A stretch of DNA of 64,000 bases from Geosiphon pyriformis uo1. Lineage: Eukaryota; Fungi; Glomeromycota. Below are positions 24,882-39,118 of this stretch, piece by piece. The DNA is taken from positions 124,001 to 188,000 of the forward strand of contig JAAOMT010000648.1 in assembly GCA_016748015.1 (NCBI GenBank), given 5' to 3'. Under the pieces are notes generated by a model. It was not told the DNA's origin. It searched no databases and saw nothing but the letters and a program-made list of their open reading frames with translations. Within the stretch, counting starts at the first letter, position 1. Each line of letters opens with the position of its first letter. A program made the translations under genes and the position numbers.

Positions 24882-26842
24882 TGGGAGAAAGGAGTTAAAA
24901 CAGAACCTGAACCAGAACACAAAAAGTCCAACTTCGCTAAAACTGAACCAACAGATGCATCCAAAGTCATTAACTTAGACTCCAATCCACCAATCTTGGC
25001 AGTAAGGATCTTTGAACTACTCAGACCAATATCAGGAGCTGCATCATCAATAACTAGGAGAGGAGAGGAGCATGAAACCAAAAGAACATCTACCACCATA
25101 TCCAATCCTGGAGCTGAATCTAAACCTACAGGAGCTGATATGGCTGGAAGAGAAGCATGAGGAACAAGTGGCAAAGGCACCAACTCAACAAAGCTAAGTC
25201 TTTTTAAAATATCAGAAACCTGGTCAGCTACAAGCTCCAAAGAGTGCTCCAAAGATCCCAACCAATCACTCAAGTTAAAAATGTCAAAAAAAGAAGCATT
25301 CTTCAAGGAAAGCTTCACACCAGAAACAGTACCAACACCAAAAACCTCTGAAGAGACCACATGAAAAGGAGAGCTACCAGCAACTTGGGCCCATGTTTTA
25401 CTGTCAAAGAAAACTGGACGAGCAATGAGAGCCTGCTTTTGCTTATATATACCAGCCAGACAAATTTGATTCTGAGAGGTAACCATACACCTATCACAAC
25501 TACCAGCATTCTCACTTACAGAGCACACACTAGAAACATGACCAAATTGTTGACACTTGGCGCAACAGGCCAAAGAAAGTCCAGCCCAATGCAAATTTAC
25601 ACCCTTGAAAATCAGGATGGTACCAATAGCAGCCAATTTGGATGCCTCATTCTCAAAACAAATCACAGCGCACTGATCACAAATATATGAATTAGGATTG
25701 CTGCCAATGAAACAAGTTTTCTTACCATATGAATCTATCAAACCTGACAAATCATGAGTGGTCGTACCAACTGGAAGAGTATAAAGCAAAGCCTGATGAC
25801 AGTCCCTGGACATTCATGTTTGTTTGTCATCAACAGCCAAAGCCACATAAACTGAGTCTTTTTCCATGAAAATAGACCACTTAGAAGTGACCAAACTGGC
25901 AACCTCTGATGACTCAAACTCTACTAAGGCCTTTTGCCAAAGACCAATTAATTGCAATTTAATGGAAACAATCCTACCAAATTTAGAAAGCACTAATTCC
26001 ACAGCCAACATGAAAAGATCTACAGGAATCTCCTTGATTATTACCTTCTAATTCGAACAAATATTTACTTTCTTGAGATTATTGTTCACAATGATTTTTT
26101 TACAGATTGCCAACTTTCTGACCTTAACCAAACTAGACTCACTTGTGAAAGTTGACCTAATGATTCCAGAAAATTTTAAGGAAGTTGAAGCACCCCCAAA
26201 ACCATCAATTTTATAAAAAATCTTTTTGATCTTAAATAACTTATTACTATTTAACTTTCCAGGCACAGCTGACAACTCCACATCCAAAGCAAAAGATTTT
26301 ACTGGCTTGAAACAATGACATTTTAAACCATGTGACTTGGGCAGCAGCAATTGATTGGACCCAACAAACGTGCGAGGAGGGAGCTCTAAAACACTATTGT
26401 TGTTGTTTTCTAAGTTGAAAGAAGGTTGTTTCGGTGGCTTGTCTAAGACATATGTCCTCGTTCTCGTCTTCCTTGGAGTAGTGTCATCCATCAAGTCATT
26501 GTTTCCAAAGGTGTTGGAATTGATATAACTAGTTTCTTCGGCAACCAAGTTTTCCATATCCTCTAAGTTGGACACCTCGCTAATGTTGTTACTCTCGTTC
26601 TCTACTTTGCTATCCCAAGATGCCTTACATTTACCACCATCAGCCAGCAACAGGTCTGCATACAAAAGTCCAGCTGAAGAATCTACCACAGTACCGGACA
26701 CGACAGGTTTCCTCACTTTCTTGAAAGAGGCACCATAAAAGTAAATACTCTTAATGCGAGTCTTCTTTTTAGAGCCTGACCAGGATTCCAACCTAGTTGA
26801 AATCAAGTCTGAAACACCAGCAGAAGAGCCAGCTGGATCCAT
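24878..26842 (-). pseudogene. LINE ORF1 (RRM-like region, CCHC knuckle, coiled coil)
   Basis: MDPAGSSAG start; SKFGRIVSIKLQL; CAKCQQFGHVSSVC; homologous to 62316-64000. Confidence 0.85.
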
Positions 26843-27016
26843 AGTCACAAATATAGGTGTGTTCAAAGAAATAGTGATGAAAACAAAAAAGAAAAAGAAT
26901 AAAGGAAATGTACTTCTTTGGCAGAATAACTTTGCTCTTGGTGTGGCCAGGGGATTGACGAGAGAAAGATTTTTAATTCTTTTTCCTGTTGGTTTTTATT
27001 TAATATTAAATAATAT

Positions 27017-27632
27017 TATTATAATTAAAAATTTTATTTTTTAGCTTTTATTTATTTATTTATAATTATATATATTAATCATTAATATTATTAATTAGCC
27101 ATCTTATTTTTAAAATTAATTATTAATATAATTATTAATTTAATTAATAACTTGATTATTAATTAATTATTGATATAATTATTAATTTAATTATTAATTT
27201 TTTTTTAAAAATACATAAACAAAATTTTTAAGCTATAAAAAACATTTATACTCGAATTTATATTTAAATTAATACAATAATATTAATTTTTAATTTTTTT
27301 AATTTGTATAATTATTAGGTTTTTGAAGTATATTAAATAAATATTTATTAAAAATACAATTAATACTTGATATAAAATTTTAAAAGTACTAATATAAAAC
27401 ATTAAATTATATTAATGTATTATTTTTTGTTAATAATATGAACTATTTTTCTATCTTTAGATTTTTTTGTTATTTTTAACAGAATAATGACTAAAATACT
27501 TATAAAACTAATTTTACATATTAAATTTTTACTAATTTAATTTGTTTATTAAAGTTAAATTGTTTTTTATTAATTTTATTGTTATATAATACTGTTTTGC
27601 TATTTATTAGTTTATTATATTTAATTATAATA
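27017..27632 (+). mobile_element. Highly AT-decayed solo LTR related to family B
   Basis: Collinear with the reverse complement of 1044-1742 (attagcc..cttattttt, decayed 12-bp array, tttgctatttattag). ATAT flanks both sides. Confidence 0.65.
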
Positions 27633-28320
27633 ATATTAGTTTTTTTGAACTTGTTTTTATTTGTAAAAATATTAATATATTAATTAAATAATATTTTAAG
27701 TTATATCTTTTAAAATAAATTCAAATTTTCAGTTTATTTTTTTTAATTGTTTTGATTAAAACAAATAACACTTTATTTGGTCTATATTTACAATATAAAA
27801 TTTATATATCTACATAATTATATAAAATTTAATATATATATTAGTAATTAGTTCTTAATTTCTAAACTTAAATATTTAATAACAATATTAATTAAAATTT
27901 TTACATAATTTTTAGTATTATTATAAATTAGAATTCTGATATTTTTGTAATTTTTTGCTAATATATATATATATATTGATAATAATAAAAGCTTTATTTT
28001 AACATATTTTAAGTTTTGTTTTAAAAATTTGAAATTGATGTTTGATTTTTTGAAATATTTTCAATAAGTAATAATAATATAATAAAATAAAAACAATATA
28101 ATTAGTAAAAATAATTTCTTAATTACTAGTTTTTTTTGCTATATTAAGAAATATATTAATTTTTTTTGTAAATTTAAATCTATTAATTTGTTTTGTTATT
28201 GTTTTTAATTTTTTTTTGTTTTTATTAATATTAATTAAGTTATTTTAATCAAAAACAAAAATATAGTCTGTATTATTTTTTTGGTTTTATTTATAGTTTT
28301 TTTCTAAGTTATTTTGTAAT

Positions 28321-28353
<33 letters not shown>

Positions 28354-29162
28354 CTTATATATTTTGTATTAATTATTTTTTTTTTATATTGATTTTTTTG
28401 TCAAATTAGATCTTAATACAAATTATATTATTCTTGTTGCTAAAATTTTTATTGCAATTTTTAAGTTTATATTAATAAAAAAAGTAGAATTTTAAAACTA
28501 TTGAAATTTGTTTAAAATATCTTAAATCAAATTTAATATCTGTATTATAAGTTTTTTTAAGCATAATACTTTTATTATTTTTGTTAAACTATTTTAGTTT
28601 CTGTATTTTTAATAAGTTTAAAAGCATAATATATTATTTAATATCAAAAATAATATTTAAATTTTTATTAAATTTAAAAATAATATTTAAATTAATATTA
28701 AGCTTTTATTTTAATTTTTTAACTTTATTAATTGGTTTATTGATCTTGAAAATTAAATAAATAATACATAATAATAAATTATAAACAAAATTATATTTAT
28801 TATAATATTTAAATTAGCAAAAAATTAAATAATAGTCATAGAATTAAGTATTTAAGTAGACAAATTACTGTTTTTATTTGTTTTTTATTAATATTAAAAC
28901 TTAATAATATTTATTAAATTTATTGAATTGTTAATAAAAAATGAAATTTTAACAGATTTTTTAGCAAATATATTTTTAATTATATAAATTTGTTTTGATA
29001 TAGTATTGTTTTATTTGGTTATATTTATTTATTAAATTTTATTTTTATTGTATAAATAATTTTTTTAAAATAAAAAAGCACAATTGTAAATAATAATTAT
29101 AAAAATATTTTTATAAATTTATTTATTAATAAAAATTATGTATTATTATAATTTATTATATG

Positions 29163-30920
29163 TTTTTTTTTTATTAATATTTTATGAATAAAGTCTAAAT
29201 GCCACCTAGTATAATATATTAAACTGAATAATTTAAACTAGGTGCAAATCATGTATTTTTTACATGTAACCAGTTATTTAAACTAGTTAAAACAACACTA
29301 TAGATTTATTATAATAAATACAGAGTTATTAATACCAAAAAAAAAACTACAAGGCTTGTAAAAACCAAAACTGATACTATATGCTTCCATAATACCAAAT
29401 AATCTAATAATACTATCAGAAAGCAAAAATAAAAATTCATAAATAGTAGAAAGCACCAAATTATTACACACAATTAAATTTTTCTTCTTTAAAATTATCT
29501 TAAATTTAGTTTTTGCCAACTACACTTCTGTTTAATAAGCCATCTCCAAACTTCTTATCAGATTAATAACTATTTTGCTTGCAATCTTAGCATATTTAAA
29601 TACCAACAAAGCTTTTAAATACCAGTTTTTAAAAACAAAACCTTTACATAAGACTGTGTATACTTTAAAGTTAAAAACATATATAAAAAGCATCTGTATA
29701 ATTTGAGATAATAATAACTCAAACCTAACAAGTAAGCTTATTAAGCTGAGCAAGAAACAATCAAGTTTGCACAAGCAATAAAGTTCACCACATACATAAA
29801 TAAATAATTAGGAAGTTCCACTTCTCTATAATAAAGACATAATATACTAGAGTACATCTTATTATATAATTATTTTCTGACAGCAACAAGCAAATAATAA
29901 TATAAGGCTTTTATAAAATATGAATACAAGTCAGCCATAAGTTTACTAGTAAATCAGCTATTATATACAAATCAGAATACCAAACCAATAAAATCTGATT
30001 CCAATTCACATTTCCAATTATATTAGCACCAATAATATTAGATCTAAACCCAATTTCTTAACAAGTCTAATAAATAGTCCTAAAAATACCATAAGTAAAA
30101 TAATAAATATTACTAAACAATACCATTTTACCAGTCTTAATAAATCTTTTTTTAACAAGAACAAAAAATGCTAAATTTAAATACAAAGCCAAGTTAGCCA
30201 ACTCATTAGCTTGTTTATTCTCCAGAACATCTGAATGGTCTTTAACCTTAGATTAAGATACACTAATACTTCTGTTTCTAATAGAGTTTACAATACTATG
30301 TCTTTCTATCCAACAATAATTACAAAAATCTGGCAGAGCCAATTTCAATTCAGCAATATATACATTCAGAATAGCCTGACTGTCCAAATGCACTACAACA
30401 TAACTATCAGCTGGAACATACTCCAAAGCAAGAGCAATAGTTTGTAATTTAGTTAACATTAAAGAAACCAAACCACTAATTTCAACACCAATATTCAGAT
30501 TTAAGTTAGCAAAAAACACAGCTACATTACACTTTATCTTATGTATACCTAAGTTTTTCAGAAAACCATTTGTGTAAACATTGATGACATTCAAATTAAT
30601 ATTAAAAAAACACTACTACACTAATAAAAAACCACCAAAACCAAAAATACTTGAAGACAGAGATCTATTACAGAAAGACTGAACAACAAGATTACAAAAG
30701 AAGCAGACTAAATACTTGCATGCAAATTTAAACTACTCAAAGACAAGGCCTTTGGAATTAAGTCTCTTTCAATGACAAAATTTTTTTCAATCAAAAATTA
30801 AGCCTTTTTTATTGTACAATTGTTCAACAAAAGCAATATCAAATCTTTTAAGTAACTTAGATACATTATAAAACACTGAATCTTCCAAAATAAAAAACAT
30901 TAAAGTGCTATTTAAGAACC
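29163..30920 (-). mobile_element. 5'-truncated LINE (RNase H to 3' UTR and poly(A))
   Basis: NVYTNGFLKN, KLQTIALALE, HLDSQA; family 3' UTR; poly-T at 29163-29172 on the plus strand. The 5' boundary is approximate. Confidence 0.85.
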
Positions 30921-30929
30921 AAAAAAAAA

Positions 30930-32479
30930 TTGTGTCTTAAGAGTTCAATAGTATTATAATTTAAGAAAGCTTTAGTTTACATAAATAATTTTTTGTTGAA
31001 TTAATAAAGTTATTTTTAGTTTTGGTTGTTTGGATTTTTTTTACTTAAAAGAATTTTTAAACATTTAAGAATATTTGTATAAATTATGAACAGATACAAT
31101 AAGCATTTACACTTATAATTTTATAAAAAGCTTAAGTACAGTAAAGATGGCTGGTAAAACAACAGCTTATTTTTCTAATGTTAAAATAAGTGTAAATATT
31201 AAGATACATAAATTGTTGTTTTTAACTATATAAAAATTACAAATAATTGCTTTGATATTAAAATATATTTCTTTTTTTTGGTTAATAATTTTGTATATAA
31301 ACAGTTAAACTGCTATTAAAAATATGTTTTAGAGCTTGAACTTAATCTACTTAATCTCTAAAACAAGTATTAAATAAAGCAACATCATATAACTAATTTA
31401 ATTAAGACAAAAAATATTTTTATAAAGTAAGTAAAAATTCAAAACTATTTGAATAATATTAACAATAACTGTACAGATGTTTTTATATGTATTATAATAT
31501 GATCTTATTTGGTTTTTTTTGTTAAAGTTTATAAAAGATTTATTATAGTTAATAGTTTGATTGTATTAAACAATATTTATTATTTTATTTAAAATATTTA
31601 TCAAATTGTTTGTTGTATTTAATAAAAAACAGATTTTAATACAAAAATTGTAGATAGTTCAATTATTTAAAACATAAACTAGATTTATATTGTCTTAGTT
31701 TGGCATTTAAAATCTTATATGCTTTTTAAGTTAACCAACAAATTTTCAGCTGTTTTTTATACATATCTAATAAAAATAGTTCATAGAAAATTACCAGTTG
31801 TAATTAAAAAAAGACTTTATAATAAAGATTATTCAAATATTTTGTGCTTTTTAATTATGTTTTTATATTTTTTAAAAATACTTTTGTGCAATTTAAAATA
31901 TTGTGTAATTATGCTAAATTATAAAAGTTTTTAGTAAAAACTTGCTTTTTAACATCTTTTTTAATATTATATATATTTTTTTTAAGAAATTTAAATATTG
32001 ATATTTATGCAATTTTGTGCAAAAATTTCATTTTTAAAGATTGAATTAATAAAACAATGTTAATTTTAATAATAAAAAGAAGATTATATTACTAATAATT
32101 AATTTTGTTCATAGATTGACTAAAAAACATTATAGCAAGTTGTAAATATTTAAGTTTAAGTTTAAGATAGATATAAAAAAAAGTAGATTAATTAGTGATA
32201 AAGAAGTTTAATATTTTTTGTAATCTGTTTAATTTTTTGTTAATTAAGATAGTTTATTTGCTTAATATTATTGAATTGTTTATTATTAGTTTTGATTTGT
32301 ATAGTACTTGTTTTTTTTTTTAATATAAACAATATAAAAATTTATAGTATTGTTTTGATTAACTTAAATAATTAGTTACATATAATAAATAAATAAGTTA
32401 TATTTAATTAAGATTACTTAATTTGTTTTTTTATATTAGATAGTAGTTGGACTGTACTTATTAAATATATATAAAAAAA
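30930..32479 (+). mobile_element. 5'-truncated, AT-decayed LINE in the opposite orientation
   Basis: VHRKLPVVIKKRLYNKDY; 3' end gtagttggactgtacttattaa followed by an A tract. The 5' boundary is approximate. Confidence 0.8.
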
Positions 32480-33640
32480 GTATTTTAATTAATAATACTA
32501 GTTTTTATTTATATATATTATGTAATTTATTAAATAATTTATTAAATAATATAATATATATATTTAAAATTACCAAAATATTTGTTATAAGTTTTGATTT
32601 ACATAAAACTGCTCTTTTTTTTAAACTTGAATAATAATATTACAATTTATATAATTATATATATTATAATTTTAATTGGTTTAAATAGTTAATTACATAT
32701 AATAAATACAAAAATTATATTTAATTTAAAATACTTAATTTGTTTTATTGTACTAAGTAGTAATTAAATCTTATTTATTAAATATTAAAAAAATATATAT
32801 TTAATGAAAAAATAATTAAATAATAATTAAAAAAGTTTTTACAAATTTATAAATATATATTAATATGTTTTATTTTATTAAAATTAATTATTATAATATA
32901 ATAATAATAAAATATTATTGGATTTTTTTTATTTTATTATTTTGTAAATATAAATTTTAATAATTTTATATATTAAACAAAAGCTTTTAAAACTATTATA
33001 TTTTATAAAAATAAATAAAAAATATTTGGTTTCTTGAACTTGTATTTCATAATTTAAAAACAAAAAAATCATTTAATGTTTAATAAAATTTAAATTAACA
33101 AACTATTGGGCATTTATTTTATTTTAGTATTTTTATTTATTTATAATTTTCTTTAATATTATTTAATAAAATATAACAAAGTTAAAAAAACCCACTAAAT
33201 AAAAAAAAATTTATCATAATTTATTATTTAAATAAATGTTTGTAATTATTAAAATATGTTTAACCAACAAACATTAAAAAAGATACAGTTTCACATTTTT
33301 TGCTTTTACAATTGGAAAAATAAAAAAAGGCTTTCAAAAACACAACATATTGTATTTAAAACACAATTTTATCTGTTTTTGTAATTATCATAATTCAGGA
33401 TAATTTCATTTTTTATGGCTAAAAATTATTTCAACAAAGTTAAGAGCCCAAGAAGCCTCAAAGATCTTGAAACTGATGAGTTTCAACAGCCATTGTCCTT
33501 TGCAAATTTCTATTTGGTCAATTTACTCACCTTTTTAATACCTAATTCCTAGCCACATATCACGTGAAGCAACGTGAGTATTTATATTGAATGTGACACT
33601 AATAGAAGATTCGAATTTCTTAATACTCAAAAGAATGAAC

Positions 33641-35252
<1,612 letters not shown>

Positions 35253-35391
35253 TTTCACTTTTTCCTACTCAGCGACTAGATCTTGAGGTTATTAAATGAC
35301 AAAAGATAATACGTCACTACCTCTGTTCTCAGATCTGATAAATGGCAAAAATAGAAATCTATGAAGTTTAAATCTCCATAATAATACTTGA

Positions 35392-35510
35392 CCGAAATCA
35401 ATCAGCAACTGAGAAGATATTAGATACATGATTAATTTGACACCTCAATAATAGGCAATACTAAGCATTCCTACGTAACGCCTATTATTTCCTGCATTTG
35501 CAGGACCAAG
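35392..35510 (-). ncRNA. Putative Fanzor omega-RNA scaffold / transposon right end
   Basis: Dense hairpins overlap and follow the stop codon: CCTGCA-AA-TGCAGG, the perfect 10-bp stem AATAATAGGC/GCCTATTATT, and TCAG-TTG-CTGA. The region ends ...GATTTCGG. Confidence 0.55.
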
Positions 35511-36610
35511 GCTCCACCAAGCAATGCCCAGAGGAAGATCCCTCGAGCCCCATTTTTATCTCTATCACAATCCCACAATTCCGGCAGTTGCACACTTCGA
35601 ACCCTCCGATTCTTTGGATGTTGCTACATTGATTACAAGTCTTGAATATGTAAGCTTCGTTCAAAATAACACGGACTCCTAATTCCTCGACGTTGTCGAA
35701 AGTGATAATGTGCGCAATAAAGCGTTTTCCGGACATTTTTTCGTGTAATCTTTCTTGTCTCGCGATTTACCATGTCCGACACTTCGAAAGAAGGGATTAC
35801 AATGGCATCAAAATACCTAAGTGATTTCTGGTGAATTTCACTTTGTAGATGTATAATTTTCGCCGCATCCGAAAAATCGCCTTATCGAGTCGCCGGGCCG
35901 TTTTATTCTTACGTTTTGAAGATTATCCTTGTAGTAAATGAGATCATCCAAGCACTTGCAAATACGAACGATACGTCCAATAGAATGTTCGCCAATCTTG
36001 TCTATATATTCGTGGGAGAGTATATATAAAAGGCTTACGGACGCCGGGATAAATGGATACTGCATGAACAGAGCCATCCGCTTGTTTTGCAGAGCTGTTT
36101 TTGCGTCTTGTATATCCCGGCAAACTTCCACCTCGTTAGTTTTGCGAGAATAGGTGAGCTTGCCATCCAATATTATCTGAGGAACGGGCCACCTGTTATT
36201 ATTCGAAATGAAGAGGCCACAAAGCACGCTTGTCATTATCTAGAATTGACGGATTATGGAGATGAGGGATATAGAAACGGTTTCGTGTGGATTTCGAAAA
36301 GTTCTGTTCGCGAATTATCATGATTTGTCGTAGATCTTTTCGAGATCGAAATAATAGACAGTGTCCTGATTGACCTTGCCGATTCGCGTTTGTCCTTTGT
36401 TGATTCCTGTTTACTTTTACTGATTTACATTACTTCCTCTCTACAATCAATATTTCATTGATTGCCTCATCGATAATATTTGCGGGCGTTTTGCCGTGCA
36501 TACCCCACAGCAATATTCCGAAACAGATAACAGTTTGCACGAACTTGCACTCGCGTTTCTTATTTCTGTGTTTATTTTTGACGATTGAGGCCTGTTGTGA
36601 TTGATTGATA
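35471..36610 (-). pseudogene. Fanzor2 / IS607-type TnpB-like RNA-guided nuclease, frameshifted and 5'-truncated
   Basis: Across frames, in the correct order: TPANIIDEA, FRSRKDLRQ, RuvC-I SIYPGVRKPF (D>Y), KIGEHSIGRIVRICKCLDDL, RuvC-II FDAIVIPSFEVSDMV..RKITRK..AHYHFRQR, EAYIFKTCNQC..CRNCG zinc ribbon, RuvC-III DRDKNGARGIFL. Confidence 0.9.
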
Positions 36611-38260
36611 TTAAAATTTTGATATAAAACTAATATGTTGACTTTCCTAAACAACAGTATTATAAGCAAATGTTGAGATACATTCTAATTAATATAATTA
36701 AAAATATTTTTAAAAACTTTGAATTTTTTTAAAAAATAAAACTTTTATAATATTGGTTTCTGCTTTACTAACACTAATTACAATGCTTAATTTCAATTTA
36801 GCTATAAACAACAATACTTTTTTTAACTTTAATAATATTTAAAAAACTATTATTAATTACCAAAAGTTTTTAAAATAAATAATATTTACTTTAAAATTGT
36901 TATTAAAAGCAATATTAAGCTTTTTTATATAAAATTTGCATTTTAAAATTTGTTAATTTAGAACAGTATTTTAAAAATTTTAAGTTTATTAATTATATTT
37001 TTGTTTATTAATAATTTTTAATAAAAAATAGTATTAGAATTTTTTTTAAAAAATTAAAAAAAAGTAAGTATTTTAAAAAATATTTTAAAAACCAAATTTT
37101 TTTAATTGTTTAATTTTTATAATTAATAATTTAATTTTTTAAATATATAATAAAACATGTTTGATTTTTAAAAAAAAAATTGAAAAAATATTATAACTGA
37201 TAAAAAAATTTTAAATATTTAATATTATTATAAATATTAAATTATTTAAATTATTTAAATTATTTAATTTTAATCTGTAAAATTACTTTTTGGTTAAAAA
37301 TATTTTTAACTTTTTTATTATGTTTAACGTTATTATAAATTAATTTGTAAATTTAATTTTATATGTGCAAATTATTTAATAAAAATATTAATATCAGATT
37401 AAATTCTTTGGAATTTTAAATAAAAAATTTAATTTATTTAATAAAATCCATTAATATTTTAATAATTCAAATTTTTTTTTGTTAACTATAAGAACAAACT
37501 TAATACAAAAATAAAATACTGGTTTTTTTTAAAGTTTTAACAAATTAATATTTGGTTTGTTTAAAAACATTATTAAAATTAAAAAATCTAATAAGATAAT
37601 AACAAAATAAATAATAAAACTGCGTTTTTTATAAATAAAAAAAAATTTGTTTAAAATTTAATAAAAAAACCAGAATTTAAGCAAATTTGTTTAAAAAAAT
37701 ACAAATGTAAATTATTTTATAGTAAAATAAATACAAAAAAACCATTTTTAATGCTTAATCTAACTTAATATATAGTATTAAAATAAGTCTAAATGGCTAT
37801 ATAAGTAATTAGAAAATTATACCAAGTTAAAAGCAGTGAAAAAAAACAAAATGTTTTATTACTTAAAACAAATTTTTCCAAACAGAATATCACATTAAAT
37901 AAGCCAATCAAAAAGTTTTTAAATGTATTAATAATAAAGCTCTTAAAACGAAATGGTAAAATAAGAATAAAATACTTTTGATTCCAATAAATAAAATCAC
38001 CAAATGGTAGGTGTTGATATTTTTTTTGTATTAATACTCAATAGCAGCACAATTATTTTATTAATTGAAGTGGTAGATCTTGATTAAAAATTTAACAATC
38101 GCAGGGATAGGAGAGCTCAAAACAAGAAGAGATTTAGAAGAATATTTCTAGCTATGATGACAGTTCCACCAATTCAATAATACTTCTTGCTTTGTGTCTC
38201 ACTCCCGGTAATCGGGATAGCTCTACTATCGCCTTTGGTTCTTCACTTATCCTTGTTTGA

Positions 38261-39118
38261 TTAAGAACGAGATGGGTATAACATCTAGATTGATTGGAAA
38301 AATTATATAATAAAAAAGAAATACAAAAAAGTTCAACCTGAAAAAGAATAAATTATTACTTACAATACGAACGCTAGCCCCAAAAGTCCTTGGAGGGAGA
38401 TTTTTTCGAAATTTTGCTTTCACAACACCACCGTTTCCATGAGGTCTTTGATTCAAATATTTTATTGCCTACTTTATTATCAAAGTTGCTAATAACACAA
38501 TTTCAAATCATTGAAGAGAAAATATTCTAATACCGTATTACACGTCCCCAAATAACGCGGATCTTACTCCCATTTTTCTTTAAGCCGATTCGTACATAAA
38601 AGAGATAGGTGACCCTATAAATTTTCATCCTGGGAAAATGGAATTACAGGTTGAGATTTTACTGGAATTACCTCACGCTTTGCACGGTATACATAGGCAA
38701 TGTGCTTGCCAAGGTAAAATTCTGTCTCTTCTTTAGTTGTAACACCTTCAATCCGGATCAAAGAGGTACCGGGGGACTGATTAGATTTAGAGCGCTTATA
38801 GCCGAGAACACGGCCTTTGGAATAGAGACTAATTATTTATCGATTGAGAGGTATTATTAATTAGATTACTGAGAAAAAGAGTGAGTTTTTTCTAATGATA
38901 TGATATCTATTTCGCAAATTTTCATTTGATTGGCGGTCTCAAAAAAATTATTTTCATTTACCAAACCTATAACCAAAAGATGGAAGAGATAGACTTCATA
39001 ACAGATGCTTCAAACCATCCATCTTCCTTCAAAAACCCAGATATTTATCATATTTTTCTTCTATTACTCAAATTACTTTAGAAAGAAAATTTAAAACATA
39101 CCGAACTGGTTGTCCCAT
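38261..39118 (-). CDS. RPL33: 60S ribosomal protein eL33 (L35A/L33), 5 exons
   Basis: Exons 39118-39102, 38828-38672, 38577-38534, 38445-38364 and 38284-38261, all with GT-AG introns. Translation [19 protein letters not shown]...[30 protein letters not shown]. Confidence 0.96.

Larger units (their letters stand above)
20055..26988 (-). mobile_element. Full-length LINE (ORF1 plus APE-RT-RNase H-Zn ORF2), mutated
   Basis: Poly(A) tail at about 20055-20064; 13-bp TSD TTGGTTTTTATTT at 20042-20054 and 26989-27001; 5' UTR, ORF1 and ORF2 are collinear. Confidence 0.92.

Noticed and set aside
20796-26051. Many plus-strand ORFs of 60-110 aa within the LINE (likewise antisense ORFs in the other elements)
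   Set aside because: They are antisense shadows of transposon coding sequence with no independent motifs.
35460-36620. Bacterial endosymbiont insertion or contamination, suggested by high CpG content
   Set aside because: The motifs are Fanzor2-like, no other bacterial genes are present, and the flanks are intron-containing host genes.
36610-37950. IS607 serine recombinase (TnpA) or left end upstream of the Fanzor
   Set aside because: Only AT-rich sequence is present, with no recognisable motifs or ORF.
38153-38160. ATGATGA as a snoRNA C box or hammerhead ribozyme core
   Set aside because: There is no suitably placed D box, and the hammerhead CUGAUGA/GAAA core is absent.
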